DNA from: an uncultured Actinomycetota bacterium
Lineage (GTDB): Bacteria > Actinomycetota > Actinomycetes > JAFAQI01
Assembly (NCBI GenBank): GCA_963770565.1
Contig: CAVYQE010000007.1
Span: forward strand, 1 to 64,000
Length of the DNA stretch: 64,000 bases
Direction of reading: 5' to 3'
Part shown: piece by piece, positions 8,747 to 17,463 of the stretch
How the letters are laid out: each line of letters opens with the position of its first letter
Position numbering within the stretch: the first letter of the stretch is position 1
The notes under the pieces: model-generated
What the model saw: the letters and a program-made list of their open reading frames with translations, nothing else
Databases searched by the model: none
Told to the model about the DNA's origin: nothing
Position numbers and translations under genes: made by a program

Positions 8747-9537
8747 CGGTCGAGCTCATGCGCGACGCGACGCGTGCGGCCGGCTGGTGGTTACTGGTCG
8801 ATGGCGCCGAGCAGTCCTTCGTCGACTGCGATGACCCGCTGCACCTGGAGTTCGAATACGTGCAGATGATCGGGCACGTGCTGGAGGCGAGCTTTCCCGG
8901 GGATGCGCCGTTGTCGGCACTGCATCTCGGCGGCGGCCTGTGCACGGTGCCGCGCTGGTTGGCCGCGCGGCATCCGGGGTCGCGCCAACGAATCGTCGAG
9001 CACTCCGCCGAGATCGCACAGCTTTCGGCGTCACTCGGTGCGACTCGGGGCGCAACGGTGCGCATCGACGACGCACTGACGGTCGTCTCGCGGTCGCGCC
9101 GCTCGACCGCGGATGTCGTGGTGTGCGACGTGTACGACGGCCCCGACACGGTGACGGAGATGTTCACCGTCGATGCCGTCGCGCGGGTACGACGGCTGCT
9201 GCGCGAAGGCGGCATCTACATCTGCAACCTCTCCGACGCGACGCCGTTCGCGTTGACCCGGGTGGTCGGGGCGACCCTGCGGGCCGGGTTCGGGTCGGTC
9301 GCGATGCTGGCCGAGCCGGCGGTGCTGCGCGCGCGCCGATCCGGCAACCTCGTATTCGCGGCGGCCGACCGGGAGCTTCCGGTTGCCGACCTCACCCGCC
9401 GTGGCGCCGGAAACGCAGTCCGGTTTCGGGTGGTCGGCGGTGCGGAGCTGACCGAGTTCATCGGCACGGCGCAGCCGGCTGACGTCGCGAGCGAGCTACC
9501 GGCCTCCGGCGAGTCGAGCGGCCGCGCGTTGCGCTGA
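8743..9537 (+). CDS. Spermidine synthase-like SAM-dependent methyltransferase
   Basis: LLVDGAEQS.VD..DP..LEFEY, LHLGGG..T.PR, DVVVCDVY, GN.V; GTGA overlap with the EamA gene. Confidence 0.82.
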   Translation: MTVELMRDATRAAGWWLLVDGAEQSFVDCDDPLHLEFEYVQMIGHVLEASFPGDAPLSALHLGGGLCTVPRWLAARHPGSRQRIVEHSAEIAQLSASLGATRGATVRIDDALTVVSRSRRSTADVVVCDVYDGPDTVTEMFTVDAVARVRRLLREGGIYICNLSDATPFALTRVVGATLRAGFGSVAMLAEPAVLRARRSGNLVFAAADRELPVADLTRRGAGNAVRFRVVGGAELTEFIGTAQPADVASELPASGESSGRALR

Positions 9538-9546
9538 ACGATCCGG

Positions 9547-11629
9547 TCAGGTCCGCGCGCTCATCACGTGGGCGAGGGTGTCGACCGAGTCGACCAGCGG
9601 ATCGAGGTGCGCCGCGAGCAGCGCCCGGCGCCGTGCCACCAGGCTGGTCGGGTCGTCCGCCGGGCCGGACTCGAGGTCCTGTTGACGCTCCCTCAGGCCG
9701 GTAACTGCCGGGTCGTCGTGCGCCGCCAGCCCGCGCAGCGCCCCGGTCACCGCCGTCCGCATGCCGGCCACCTCTGGCACCGCAACGTGCTCGCTCGCGT
9801 CGTCGAGGGTGGCCCGCAATGCGTGCAGCGCGATGACGATCCGCCGCGCCGCGGCGAGCACGCCGGACGCGGTCATGGTGTCCGCACCGGCCCGCACCGG
9901 TTCGGCAACGGCACGGCTCAGCGAGGCCTGGGCGGCGACCCGGGCCCGGCGGGCCGCCATCGCGGCGGCGTTGACCGAATCGGGCTCGGCAGAGGCAGGA
10001 TCCTCATACGCACCCAGCACGGCATCGGCGTACGTCGCCAGGGCACCGAGCAGCCGGCCGGTCGACGCGGTCAAGGTCGCGCCCTCCCAGGTCGGCCAGA
10101 CCGCGTAGGCGAGCAGGGCCAACGCGCCGCCGACCAGGGTGTCGAGGCCGCGGTCCGCGACGGTCGACAGGTCGCTGCGCTCCCACCGGGGTCAGGAGCA
10201 GGACGACGATCGCGGTGACTGCGAAGGAGTACAGCGCGTACGACGCCCCGAAGCTCGCGTACGCCGCCCACGTCGTCACTGCCAGCAGCAACGTCAGGGC
10301 CAACCCCGAGGGATGGATCGCGACGACCAGCAGGCCGGCGAGCACCACGCCGAGACCGGTGCCGGCGACCCGGGCGATGCCGCGCTGGACGGTGGCGGCG
10401 TAGTCGGGCTTGAGCACGACGAGCGCAGTCAGGGTCACCCAGTAACCGCGCTGCCAAGGCAGGAGGTGGCTCAGCGCTTCGGCGACCGGCAGGACGACCG
10501 CCAGCCGGACCGCATGGCGGAAGGCCGAGGACCCGACGTCGCGGGCGGCCATCCGGACCTGGTGGGCGGAGTCGGCGGCTCGGCGCGGCAGCATCAGGAC
10601 CGCGGTCGCGCCGATGCTGTGCGGCAGCACCAGTCGCCGGACTCCGGCCAGCCCGCTGGTCAGCCGGTCGACGGCGCGAAGCTGGCCGAGCAACGCGGAC
10701 GCGCGCGCCGCAACGTACCGGTCCGCAGTGCCGGCCCGCCCCGGGGCCGCGGTCTCGCGGCTGGCCCGGAGCACGTCGACCAGTCCCTCGAGTGCGGGGT
10801 CCTCGGGTGGTGACTGCAGCCCGGCGCCGATCGCGCTGCTCACCCGGCGCAACCAGGCGCTCACTGCGCGGCGGACATCGGCGACCGCAGCCAGGTCCGG
10901 GAAGCTGGCCAGCGCGAGCAGCTCGAGCCGGATCCGGTCGGCCTCGTCCGCGAGGCCGCGCAGCAGCTCGACGTCCTCGCTCGGGGTGCGGCGGCTGAGC
11001 AGCGCGGATGACCGGGCCGCCTCGCTCACCGACGTCAGCGTCGACCGGGCCGGGTCGATCGCCAGCGCGGCCAGGTCCGCGTAGGCGCCGGCCAGGGTGC
11101 GGCGCTCGGCAACGAACCGCTCGGGTGGGCGGATCACCGCGGCGAGCAGGCCCTGGAATCCGCCACCCGCGAGCACCCAGCCGGCGTGCACGGCCGCGGC
11201 CGCCACCGACGACGGGAACCGGCCGAACACGACCAGGCCGATCACGGCCTGGGTGCCGACCAGGCTTGCCTCGCGGCCCAGTACGACGACGATGCCGGCC
11301 GCGAAACCCCAGACCACGAGGGCCGCGAGGGTCGGGCCGAGATGCCCGGCGACCAGGCCACCGACAAACGTGCTGACCCCCATGCCGACTGCGGTCGCCA
11401 GCATCGTGGGTGCGCGCGAGCGAAACCCGCCGCCGAAGCCGGCAACACCGGCCGGCAGGGCACCGGCGGCCGCGATCGCGCCCTCGGCCGGATGCCCCAG
11501 CGCGGCGCCGAGCCCGAACGGGATCGTGACGCCTGCGGCGGCGCGTAAGGCGATCAGCGGTGCGAAGCCGGCCCAGTCGACCGCGACGGCGCTCAGCACA
11601 GCAGCCCGGAACCCGCCGGGGGAGCTCAC
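9547..11629 (-). CDS. FUSC family membrane protein, single frameshift near 10180
   Basis: FRHAVRLAVV, RGYWVTLT...LKPDY..T..RG..R..GT..G; after LLTPVG the frame shifts to SDLSTVADRGLDTLVGGALALLAYAVWPTWE (C-terminal part is ORF 9547-10122). Confidence 0.8.
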
Positions 11630-12363
11630 CCCGTCAGCAGCCTCGGTTCGAGCACTGTCTCGCGCACCTCGCCGGCGCCGGTCCGTTCGACCCGGTAGCC
11701 CTTGGCGCCCTCCACCTCGCTGAGCACCTCGTGCAAGGCGGTGCCGATGTAGTGCAGCCCGACGCCGTTGTCGGTCGCAAAGCCGTCTGGCAACGTGCCG
11801 TCGCCGATCAGCCGGTGCAGGAGCGGGCGGCGCTGGGTCTCTGCGTCGTAGTGGACGCCATTGGAGTAGGGCAGCAGGCCGAGCCCGTTGGTGACCGGCC
11901 GAAGCTCCAGCCCGAACGAGTCGGTCGTGCCCCCGACGTGCCAGCACAGCGAGCCGGCCGACACCCCGGCCAACACGATGCCGCGTTCCCAAACCTCCCG
12001 GAAGGCGGTGTCGAGTCCGTGCGCCCGCCACACCGCCAGCAGGTTCGCGACCGATCCGCCGCCGACCCAGATCACGTCCTGCGCGAGCAGGTGTGCCGCC
12101 GGGTCTGCCACGTTCGGCATCAGGAACAGCTCCAGGTGGCTCACGGTGACGTCGTCCGAGCCGGCAAACGCGTTGTAGTAGCCGGCGATCTCGCTGTCGT
12201 TGTCGCCGCCCGCGGTGGCCAGGAAGCACAGCCTTGGCCGGTCCTTGCCGGACAGCCGAAGCGCATGGGTGAGCAACGGCCCGGGCAGGGCGCGGTACGG
12301 GCCGGTGGCCGGGCCCTTCCAGCCACCGGACGTAGCCAGGATCTGCGGTTCGCGAGACGCCAT
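11626..12363 (-). CDS. Peptidase E (S51 family)
   Basis: FLATAGGD, DVIWVGGGSVANLLAVWRAHGLD, GVSAGS nucleophile, GVHYD. Confidence 0.9.
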   Translation of the reverse strand: MASREPQILATSGGWKGPATGPYRALPGPLLTHALRLSGKDRPRLCFLATAGGDNDSEIAGYYNAFAGSDDVTVSHLELFLMPNVADPAAHLLAQDVIWVGGGSVANLLAVWRAHGLDTAFREVWERGIVLAGVSAGSLCWHVGGTTDSFGLELRPVTNGLGLLPYSNGVHYDAETQRRPLLHRLIGDGTLPDGFATDNGVGLHYIGTALHEVLSEVEGAKGYRVERTGAGEVRETVLEPRLLTG

Positions 12364-12366
12364 CGG

Positions 12367-13266
12367 TCAGTCGGACCAGGGGGTGCCGTCGACCAGCCAA
12401 CCGTAGAGCGCCTCGACGTAGGTGTCCGGGTCGCCGAGATGACCGCCGCCGGCGTCGACCCGTGGGATCGCATCGGGCACGGTGCGCGCGAGCCATTCGC
12501 CGTGCGCCGGCGGCACCAGCACGTCCTTCGCGCCCCACCAGACGGCGGTCGGGACCGAGATCGTGCCCGGATCGAATCCCCACGGTTTCGTGAACGCGAT
12601 GTCGTCGTCGGCCCAGCCCCAGATCCCGGTCCGGACGCACTCGGTGAGTGCCTCCGTCATCACCTTGGCGATGTCCGGCCGGGCGAAGATCGCCCGGTCC
12701 TCCTCCGGCAGGTCGAAGTCGCCGAGCACGGTCGCCGGATCGTCGGCCATCCGGGCAAGCATCGCGGCCGACTCACGGGTGAGCTCGGTTTCGAGCCGGG
12801 TCTCGCCGTCGAGCGCCCAGCCGAACTCCTTGACGTTCTCCGGGTCCATCCCGTCGAGCCACGCCTCGCCGAGCGCTTCGTACGGCGCCACCCCCACGAC
12901 GCATACCGCCCGGGTGACCCGATCGGGGAGTCCGGCGGCGACCGCGAGGCAATGCGGCCCGCCGCCCGAGCCGCCCGTCACGGCGAACCGGTCGAACCCC
13001 AGTGCGTCGGCCAGCGCGGCCACATCCGCGACGCAGTCGTTGACGATGCGGCCGCGGTGACGGTCCGAGCCGCCGTACCCGGGGCGGTCGTAGGTCACGA
13101 CCCGCGCGCCGGTGGCCGCGATCTTGGCGTTGTCCGGATGGCGGTTGAGCCGGCAGCCCGGGGTTCCGTGCAGCACGAAGACCGGGGTGCCCGCCGGGTT
13201 ACCCCATTGGGCGTAGGCCAGGGTGCGGCCGTCGGTCAGACGGATCGTCTCGAGGTTGTCGCTCAT
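12367..13266 (-). CDS. Alpha/beta hydrolase
   Basis: DGRTLAY, HGTPG, DRPGYGGS, GGSGGG nucleophile elbow, D..VP..H, GH; TACGAT-N6-ATG start. Confidence 0.92.
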   Translation of the reverse strand: MSDNLETIRLTDGRTLAYAQWGNPAGTPVFVLHGTPGCRLNRHPDNAKIAATGARVVTYDRPGYGGSDRHRGRIVNDCVADVAALADALGFDRFAVTGGSGGGPHCLAVAAGLPDRVTRAVCVVGVAPYEALGEAWLDGMDPENVKEFGWALDGETRLETELTRESAAMLARMADDPATVLGDFDLPEEDRAIFARPDIAKVMTEALTECVRTGIWGWADDDIAFTKPWGFDPGTISVPTAVWWGAKDVLVPPAHGEWLARTVPDAIPRVDAGGGHLGDPDTYVEALYGWLVDGTPWSD

Positions 13267-13418
13267 CGCGCGATCGTACGACCGGGTCGGCCGTCCGCCG
13301 TGTCGCGCCTCGTCCTGCCTGGCGGAGGCCAACCGAGTTGGCACGATGAGCGTCTAGGCCAGATACGGCTAAAAGCGCTGGGTCAGTCGACCCCTCAACA
13401 GGAACGGGGACCACCGCA

Positions 13419-13823
13419 ATGAAACTGAAGTCGCTCACCGTGATCGGCGTCGCAGGTGCGACCGCGGTCACCATGCTCGCCGGGCCGGCGGTGGCCACGA
13501 CGACCCATCGGACGATGGTCATCTCCGCGTGTACGGCCGCGAAGTACCGGCCGCATCACTACGTCTTGACCTGCGCTGACGCCAACACCCAGATCCGCGG
13601 GGCGACGTACTCGTCCTGGACGGCGACCTCTGCGACCGGCAAGGGGACCTACGTCTACAACACCTGTACGCCGGACTGTGCCAGTGGCACCTTCAAGCAC
13701 CACCCGATCACCTTCACCCTCGGCCGGGCGCGGACAGTCGGCAGCAAGCGGTTGTTCACCCGGCTCTGGGCGACGTACGCGGGGCTGACCGAGACCTTCC
13801 GGTTGCCGACCTCGGGGGTCTGA
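13419..13823 (+). CDS. Small secreted Cys-containing hypothetical protein
   Basis: Sec signal ending PAVA; four Cys (LTCAD...W...A...G...NTCTPDCASG), a typical actinobacterial pattern. Confidence 0.75.
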   Translation: MKLKSLTVIGVAGATAVTMLAGPAVATTTHRTMVISACTAAKYRPHHYVLTCADANTQIRGATYSSWTATSATGKGTYVYNTCTPDCASGTFKHHPITFTLGRARTVGSKRLFTRLWATYAGLTETFRLPTSGV

Positions 13824-13829
13824 CCGGCG

Positions 13830-15500
13830 TCAACCGAGCCGGATGCCCGGCATCAGGAGCAGGCCACCGCCCGGCAGGCCGAGCGACGCCGCGACCGACG
13901 CGAAGTCGCCCCAACCGCTGATCGACACCGAGGCGCGCGGGTCGTCGCTCGACCGCGGCGCGCGCAGCTTGCTGCGGACCGGGATCCGGACTGCCGACCG
14001 CACCGGCGCGTCGGCCGGCAAGCCGGCTCGCTCGCGGGCGATGGCGGTGGCATCCCGAAGGCCGCCGAGGGTGTCGACCAGGCCATTGCGGGCGGCGTCC
14101 GATCCAGTCCAGACCCGGCCCCTCGCGACCTCGTGGACCGCCTCCCGGGTCATGCCGCGGCCCTCGGCAACCTTGCCGACGAAGACCGCGTAGACGTCGT
14201 CCAGCCACTCCGCGAGGACGGCCCGCTCGTCGTCGGTGTAGCCGATCCGGCCGGAGTAGATCCGCGAATGCTCGCCGCGCGATACCGCGCCGGTGGAAAG
14301 ACCGACCTTCTCCATGAGCCCCGTGGTCACTGGCTTGCCGCCGAAGACGCCGATCGACCCGGTCAGCGTGGTCGGCTGCGCCACGATCACGTCGGCCGGG
14401 ATCGACACGAAGTAGCCGCCCGAGCCGGCGACCGTCCCCATCGACACGACGACCGGTTTGCCCGCCGCTCTGGTCAGCCCGACCTCGCGCCAGATCGTGT
14501 CGGAGGCGACGTAGGAGCCACCGGGGGAGTCGACCCGGAAGACCACGGCCCGGACCTTGTCGTCCTTGCGCGCGGCCCGGAATGCCGCGGCGATGCTGTC
14601 GCTTCCCATCTGCTGGCCGTCGACCGGCGATCGCCGGCTGCGTCCGGTGACGATTGCGCCATGGCCCTCCACCAGGGCGACCACCGACTGGTTGCGGCTG
14701 GTCGCCATCTTGGCGACGCGTTCGGGAAGCGGAGGCCGCGGTGACCAACGGCTGGCGAACAGCAAGCGGACGTCGCCGCCGCTGCCGCACTTGCGTCGTA
14801 CGGCGGAGTAGACCTCGTCGCGATAGCCCTCGTGATCGATCAGGCCGCCGTCGATCGCTTTGGCAACCGGCAGCGGTGCCTGGTCGGTGAGCGCTTGAAC
14901 CTGTTCGACGGTCAGGCCGCGAGCCTCGGCAATCCCTGCGACCACGTCGTCCCATGCGGACTCGACCAGCCGGTCCACGGCCTCACGGTGCTCGGGGGTG
15001 AACTCCTTGCGCATGATCCGGTCGGCGGCGTTCTTGTATTCGTGCCGCTTGTCCAGCTGCGGCTCGATGCCGAGCTTGTCGAGCGCACCGCGCAAGAACG
15101 TCACTTCCGTCATCAGGCCGACCAGCCCGAGCTCGCCCGAGTGCTGCAGCCAGATTTCGCTGAACCCGGTGGCGAGGTAGTACGGGACGGTGCCGGTGCT
15201 CGACTCGCCGAAGGACTCGCTCCACGCGACGGTCGGCTTGCCGCTTGCTGCGAAGGCGCGGACCCCCGCGCGCAGCTCCTGCGCGATCGCGAGCGGGATC
15301 ACCGAGCCGCCGAGCTTGGCGATCAGGCCCACCACACGCGGGTCGTCGCCCGCGTCGTGCAACGTGCGCAGGACGGCCCGGAGGCGTGGCTTGCCGCGGC
15401 TTCTCAGCTTGGCGACCGGGTCGTCGGGCTCGGCGTCGATCAACGGGTGGGTCAGATCGAGCTCGAGCAGGATGGGCGGATTGCTGCGGGAAAGCGCCAT
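13830..15500 (-). CDS. sppA: Signal peptide peptidase SppA (S49, long form)
   Basis: YYLAT, EYKNAAD, RVDSPGGS..ASD.I, SMG.VAGSGGY, TGSIGV.GGK, GRVWTG; TAGGGT-N7-ATG start. Confidence 0.93.
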   Translation of the reverse strand: MALSRSNPPILLELDLTHPLIDAEPDDPVAKLRSRGKPRLRAVLRTLHDAGDDPRVVGLIAKLGGSVIPLAIAQELRAGVRAFAASGKPTVAWSESFGESSTGTVPYYLATGFSEIWLQHSGELGLVGLMTEVTFLRGALDKLGIEPQLDKRHEYKNAADRIMRKEFTPEHREAVDRLVESAWDDVVAGIAEARGLTVEQVQALTDQAPLPVAKAIDGGLIDHEGYRDEVYSAVRRKCGSGGDVRLLFASRWSPRPPLPERVAKMATSRNQSVVALVEGHGAIVTGRSRRSPVDGQQMGSDSIAAAFRAARKDDKVRAVVFRVDSPGGSYVASDTIWREVGLTRAAGKPVVVSMGTVAGSGGYFVSIPADVIVAQPTTLTGSIGVFGGKPVTTGLMEKVGLSTGAVSRGEHSRIYSGRIGYTDDERAVLAEWLDDVYAVFVGKVAEGRGMTREAVHEVARGRVWTGSDAARNGLVDTLGGLRDATAIARERAGLPADAPVRSAVRIPVRSKLRAPRSSDDPRASVSISGWGDFASVAASLGLPGGGLLLMPGIRLG

Positions 15501-15542
15501 GCACCACACCCTAGGAGCGGCCGACGGGTGGTCGGAGGCCGG

Positions 15543-16205
15543 TCAGGCGCGCAGCCTGGTGATGAAGTCGGTGTACATCGGCCGGCCCTGCTCGGTCCAC
15601 CACGCCGCGACCGGCGGCGGCATGTGCGTCTCCATGGTGCTGACCTGCTCGGGCGTCATCTGCTCCTGGATCAGGCCGAGCACCAGCCAGATCTTGTCAC
15701 CGGTGAAGTTCTGCATGCCATGCGCGGGCAGCTCGCCCCACTCCGGTGCCGTGATGAAGCGCGACGCAATCGGAAGGACGGTGCGTTCCTCGTCGTCGAG
15801 GTGCGCGGCCAGTCCCTCGCCAAGGGCCGACAGCGCCGCTGACGCAACCGCCGCTGAGTCCTCGCTCGGTGCCAGCCGCCAGGTCGCGATCGCCTCCTCG
15901 GCAGTCTCGATCGCGTTGACGACGTCGGCGTGCTGCGCGGCAACCCGCTCGACCTCGCGGACCTCGTCGGCAGGCGCCCGCTCCACCAGCCGCGGCGTCA
16001 TCAGCACGTCTTCGCCGTCATGGTGCACGTGGAGCAGGCGCAGCACGTTGTCGAAGTACGTGCCGACCGCATCGATCCGCTCCGCGTCGGCGGGATCAGC
16101 GGCATCGACGTAGCCGACCGAGTCGCCGAATGCGTTCCGGAACACCCGGTGCATGCCGATCATGTCGCTGGTGTCGGCCATCGGCGCGGTGGCTGGCTCG
16201 GTCAT
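15543..16205 (-). CDS. Hemerythrin domain-containing protein
   Basis: M..MHRVFR, LHVHHDGED, QH, HLDDEE..VLP motifs; GGAG RBS. Confidence 0.85.
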   Translation of the reverse strand: MTEPATAPMADTSDMIGMHRVFRNAFGDSVGYVDAADPADAERIDAVGTYFDNVLRLLHVHHDGEDVLMTPRLVERAPADEVREVERVAAQHADVVNAIETAEEAIATWRLAPSEDSAAVASAALSALGEGLAAHLDDEERTVLPIASRFITAPEWGELPAHGMQNFTGDKIWLVLGLIQEQMTPEQVSTMETHMPPPVAAWWTEQGRPMYTDFITRLRA

Positions 16206-16314
16206 GACGGCGTACTCCGATCGCAAGGATGATGCTGGCTTCGCGGGCTGCTGTTTCCTACCATCCGGTCCCGATTCGCTCAACCGAGCGGGTCGACGGG
16301 CCGATCAACCGACG

Positions 16315-17352
16315 GTGGGGGACTTCGACTACTTCGCCGGTTCGGCTGCGCCGATGCCGGTCGGCGGCTCCGGCTGGTCCGGTGCAGCGGCGCCATCTCC
16401 GGCGCCCGCATCGGCTGCGCAGCGTGAGCTGACGCCGGACCTCTCGCCGGAAGAGCGGCAGATGCTTGCGACGAGCGCCGCGACGACGTGGTCGAACACG
16501 CACGACGCGCCGTCGTCGTACTCGCCGTCCGCCCGGCTCGGCTTCATGGGCAGCATCCGGGTCGGCTTCCAACTGCTGCCGGTCTGCTGGCGGGTGTTGA
16601 TGCAGGAGCCCTCCCTGCTCTGGATTCCGTTGATCGTGATGGTCCTCGACGCGGGCCTGACCTTCGGGTACGCCGACGCGTTCGGCGGCGTCGCCAATCT
16701 GGTCGGCCCCAACAAGTACGCCGCGGCGATCAAGGTCTTTCCGTTGCTCACGGTGGTGTGTTCGATCGCGGTCGTCGGCCAAGCCGTGGTCGTGGCTGCG
16801 GCGACGGACCTCCTGAACGGCAAGCGTTCATCGCTCGGTGCCGCATGGGTCACCGCTTGCGGACAGCTGCCCCGCTTGGTCTTGTTCGGAGTCGTGCTCG
16901 CGTGCGAGCGCACGCTCACCTCGCTGTTGCGCGGCAAGCGGTGGTCGCCCGGAACGCTTGCGGCAGATGCGATCGACCGAGCGTGGGACTTCGCCACGTT
17001 CCTCGCGATCCCGGTTCTGCTGTACGAGAACCTGCCGGTGTTCAAAGCCGTCGCTCGCTCCGGCAAGCTGGTCGCGAAGCGGTGGGGCGTTCAGCTCACC
17101 GCCCGGGCTGTGCTCTCACTCGCGCTTTTCGTCGTGATGTTCCCGCTGATCATGGTCGGCATCGTGGTTGCCGCGAGCATCTCGGCAGTGCTCGGCGTGG
17201 GGATCATCGTGATCGGTTTCGTCGGGATGATCGCGATCTCCGGCGCACTGACCGGCGTACTGTCCGCGGCCCTCTATCGATTCGCGGTCAGCGGACTGGT
17301 CGCGCCCGGCTTCAGCGAGGCCGACATGTGGGCGGCCTTCTCCCGCCGCTGA
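16315..17352 (+). CDS. Multi-pass membrane protein (DUF6159-like)
   Basis: W.VL..EP.LL..P, AW..ATF..IPV..YE, A..RS..L....WG, F.AALY.FA pattern; start codon uncertain. Confidence 0.65.
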   Translation: MGDFDYFAGSAAPMPVGGSGWSGAAAPSPAPASAAQRELTPDLSPEERQMLATSAATTWSNTHDAPSSYSPSARLGFMGSIRVGFQLLPVCWRVLMQEPSLLWIPLIVMVLDAGLTFGYADAFGGVANLVGPNKYAAAIKVFPLLTVVCSIAVVGQAVVVAAATDLLNGKRSSLGAAWVTACGQLPRLVLFGVVLACERTLTSLLRGKRWSPGTLAADAIDRAWDFATFLAIPVLLYENLPVFKAVARSGKLVAKRWGVQLTARAVLSLALFVVMFPLIMVGIVVAASISAVLGVGIIVIGFVGMIAISGALTGVLSAALYRFAVSGLVAPGFSEADMWAAFSRR

Positions 17353-17367
17353 GCGGCGACTGCCCGG

Positions 17368-17386
17368 GTGTGACGCTCGTGTGACG
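17368..17386 (+). promoter_or_regulatory. Direct repeat GTGTGACG x2 with 11-bp period upstream of the Cys-repeat gene
   Basis: GTGTGACG at 17368-17375 and 17379-17386; spacing of one helical turn suggests a regulator site. Confidence 0.3.
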
Positions 17387-17463
17387 GGTCGTGCTGAGGA
17401 TGATGCTGTCCACAGCAAGTCGTTCTGCCGCCTTTGGGCGCGGCCGGAGGGCGGGATCCGCAG

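Noticed and set aside
8743-9537. speE assignment for this gene and for 49550-50242
   Set aside because: Neither shows convincing aminopropyltransferase signatures and no speD is nearby; left as SAM-dependent methyltransferase-like.
10004-12640. 878-aa ORF
   Set aside because: The N-terminal third is an off-frame reading of the hydrolase and peptidase E genes; the real FUSC gene starts at 11629.
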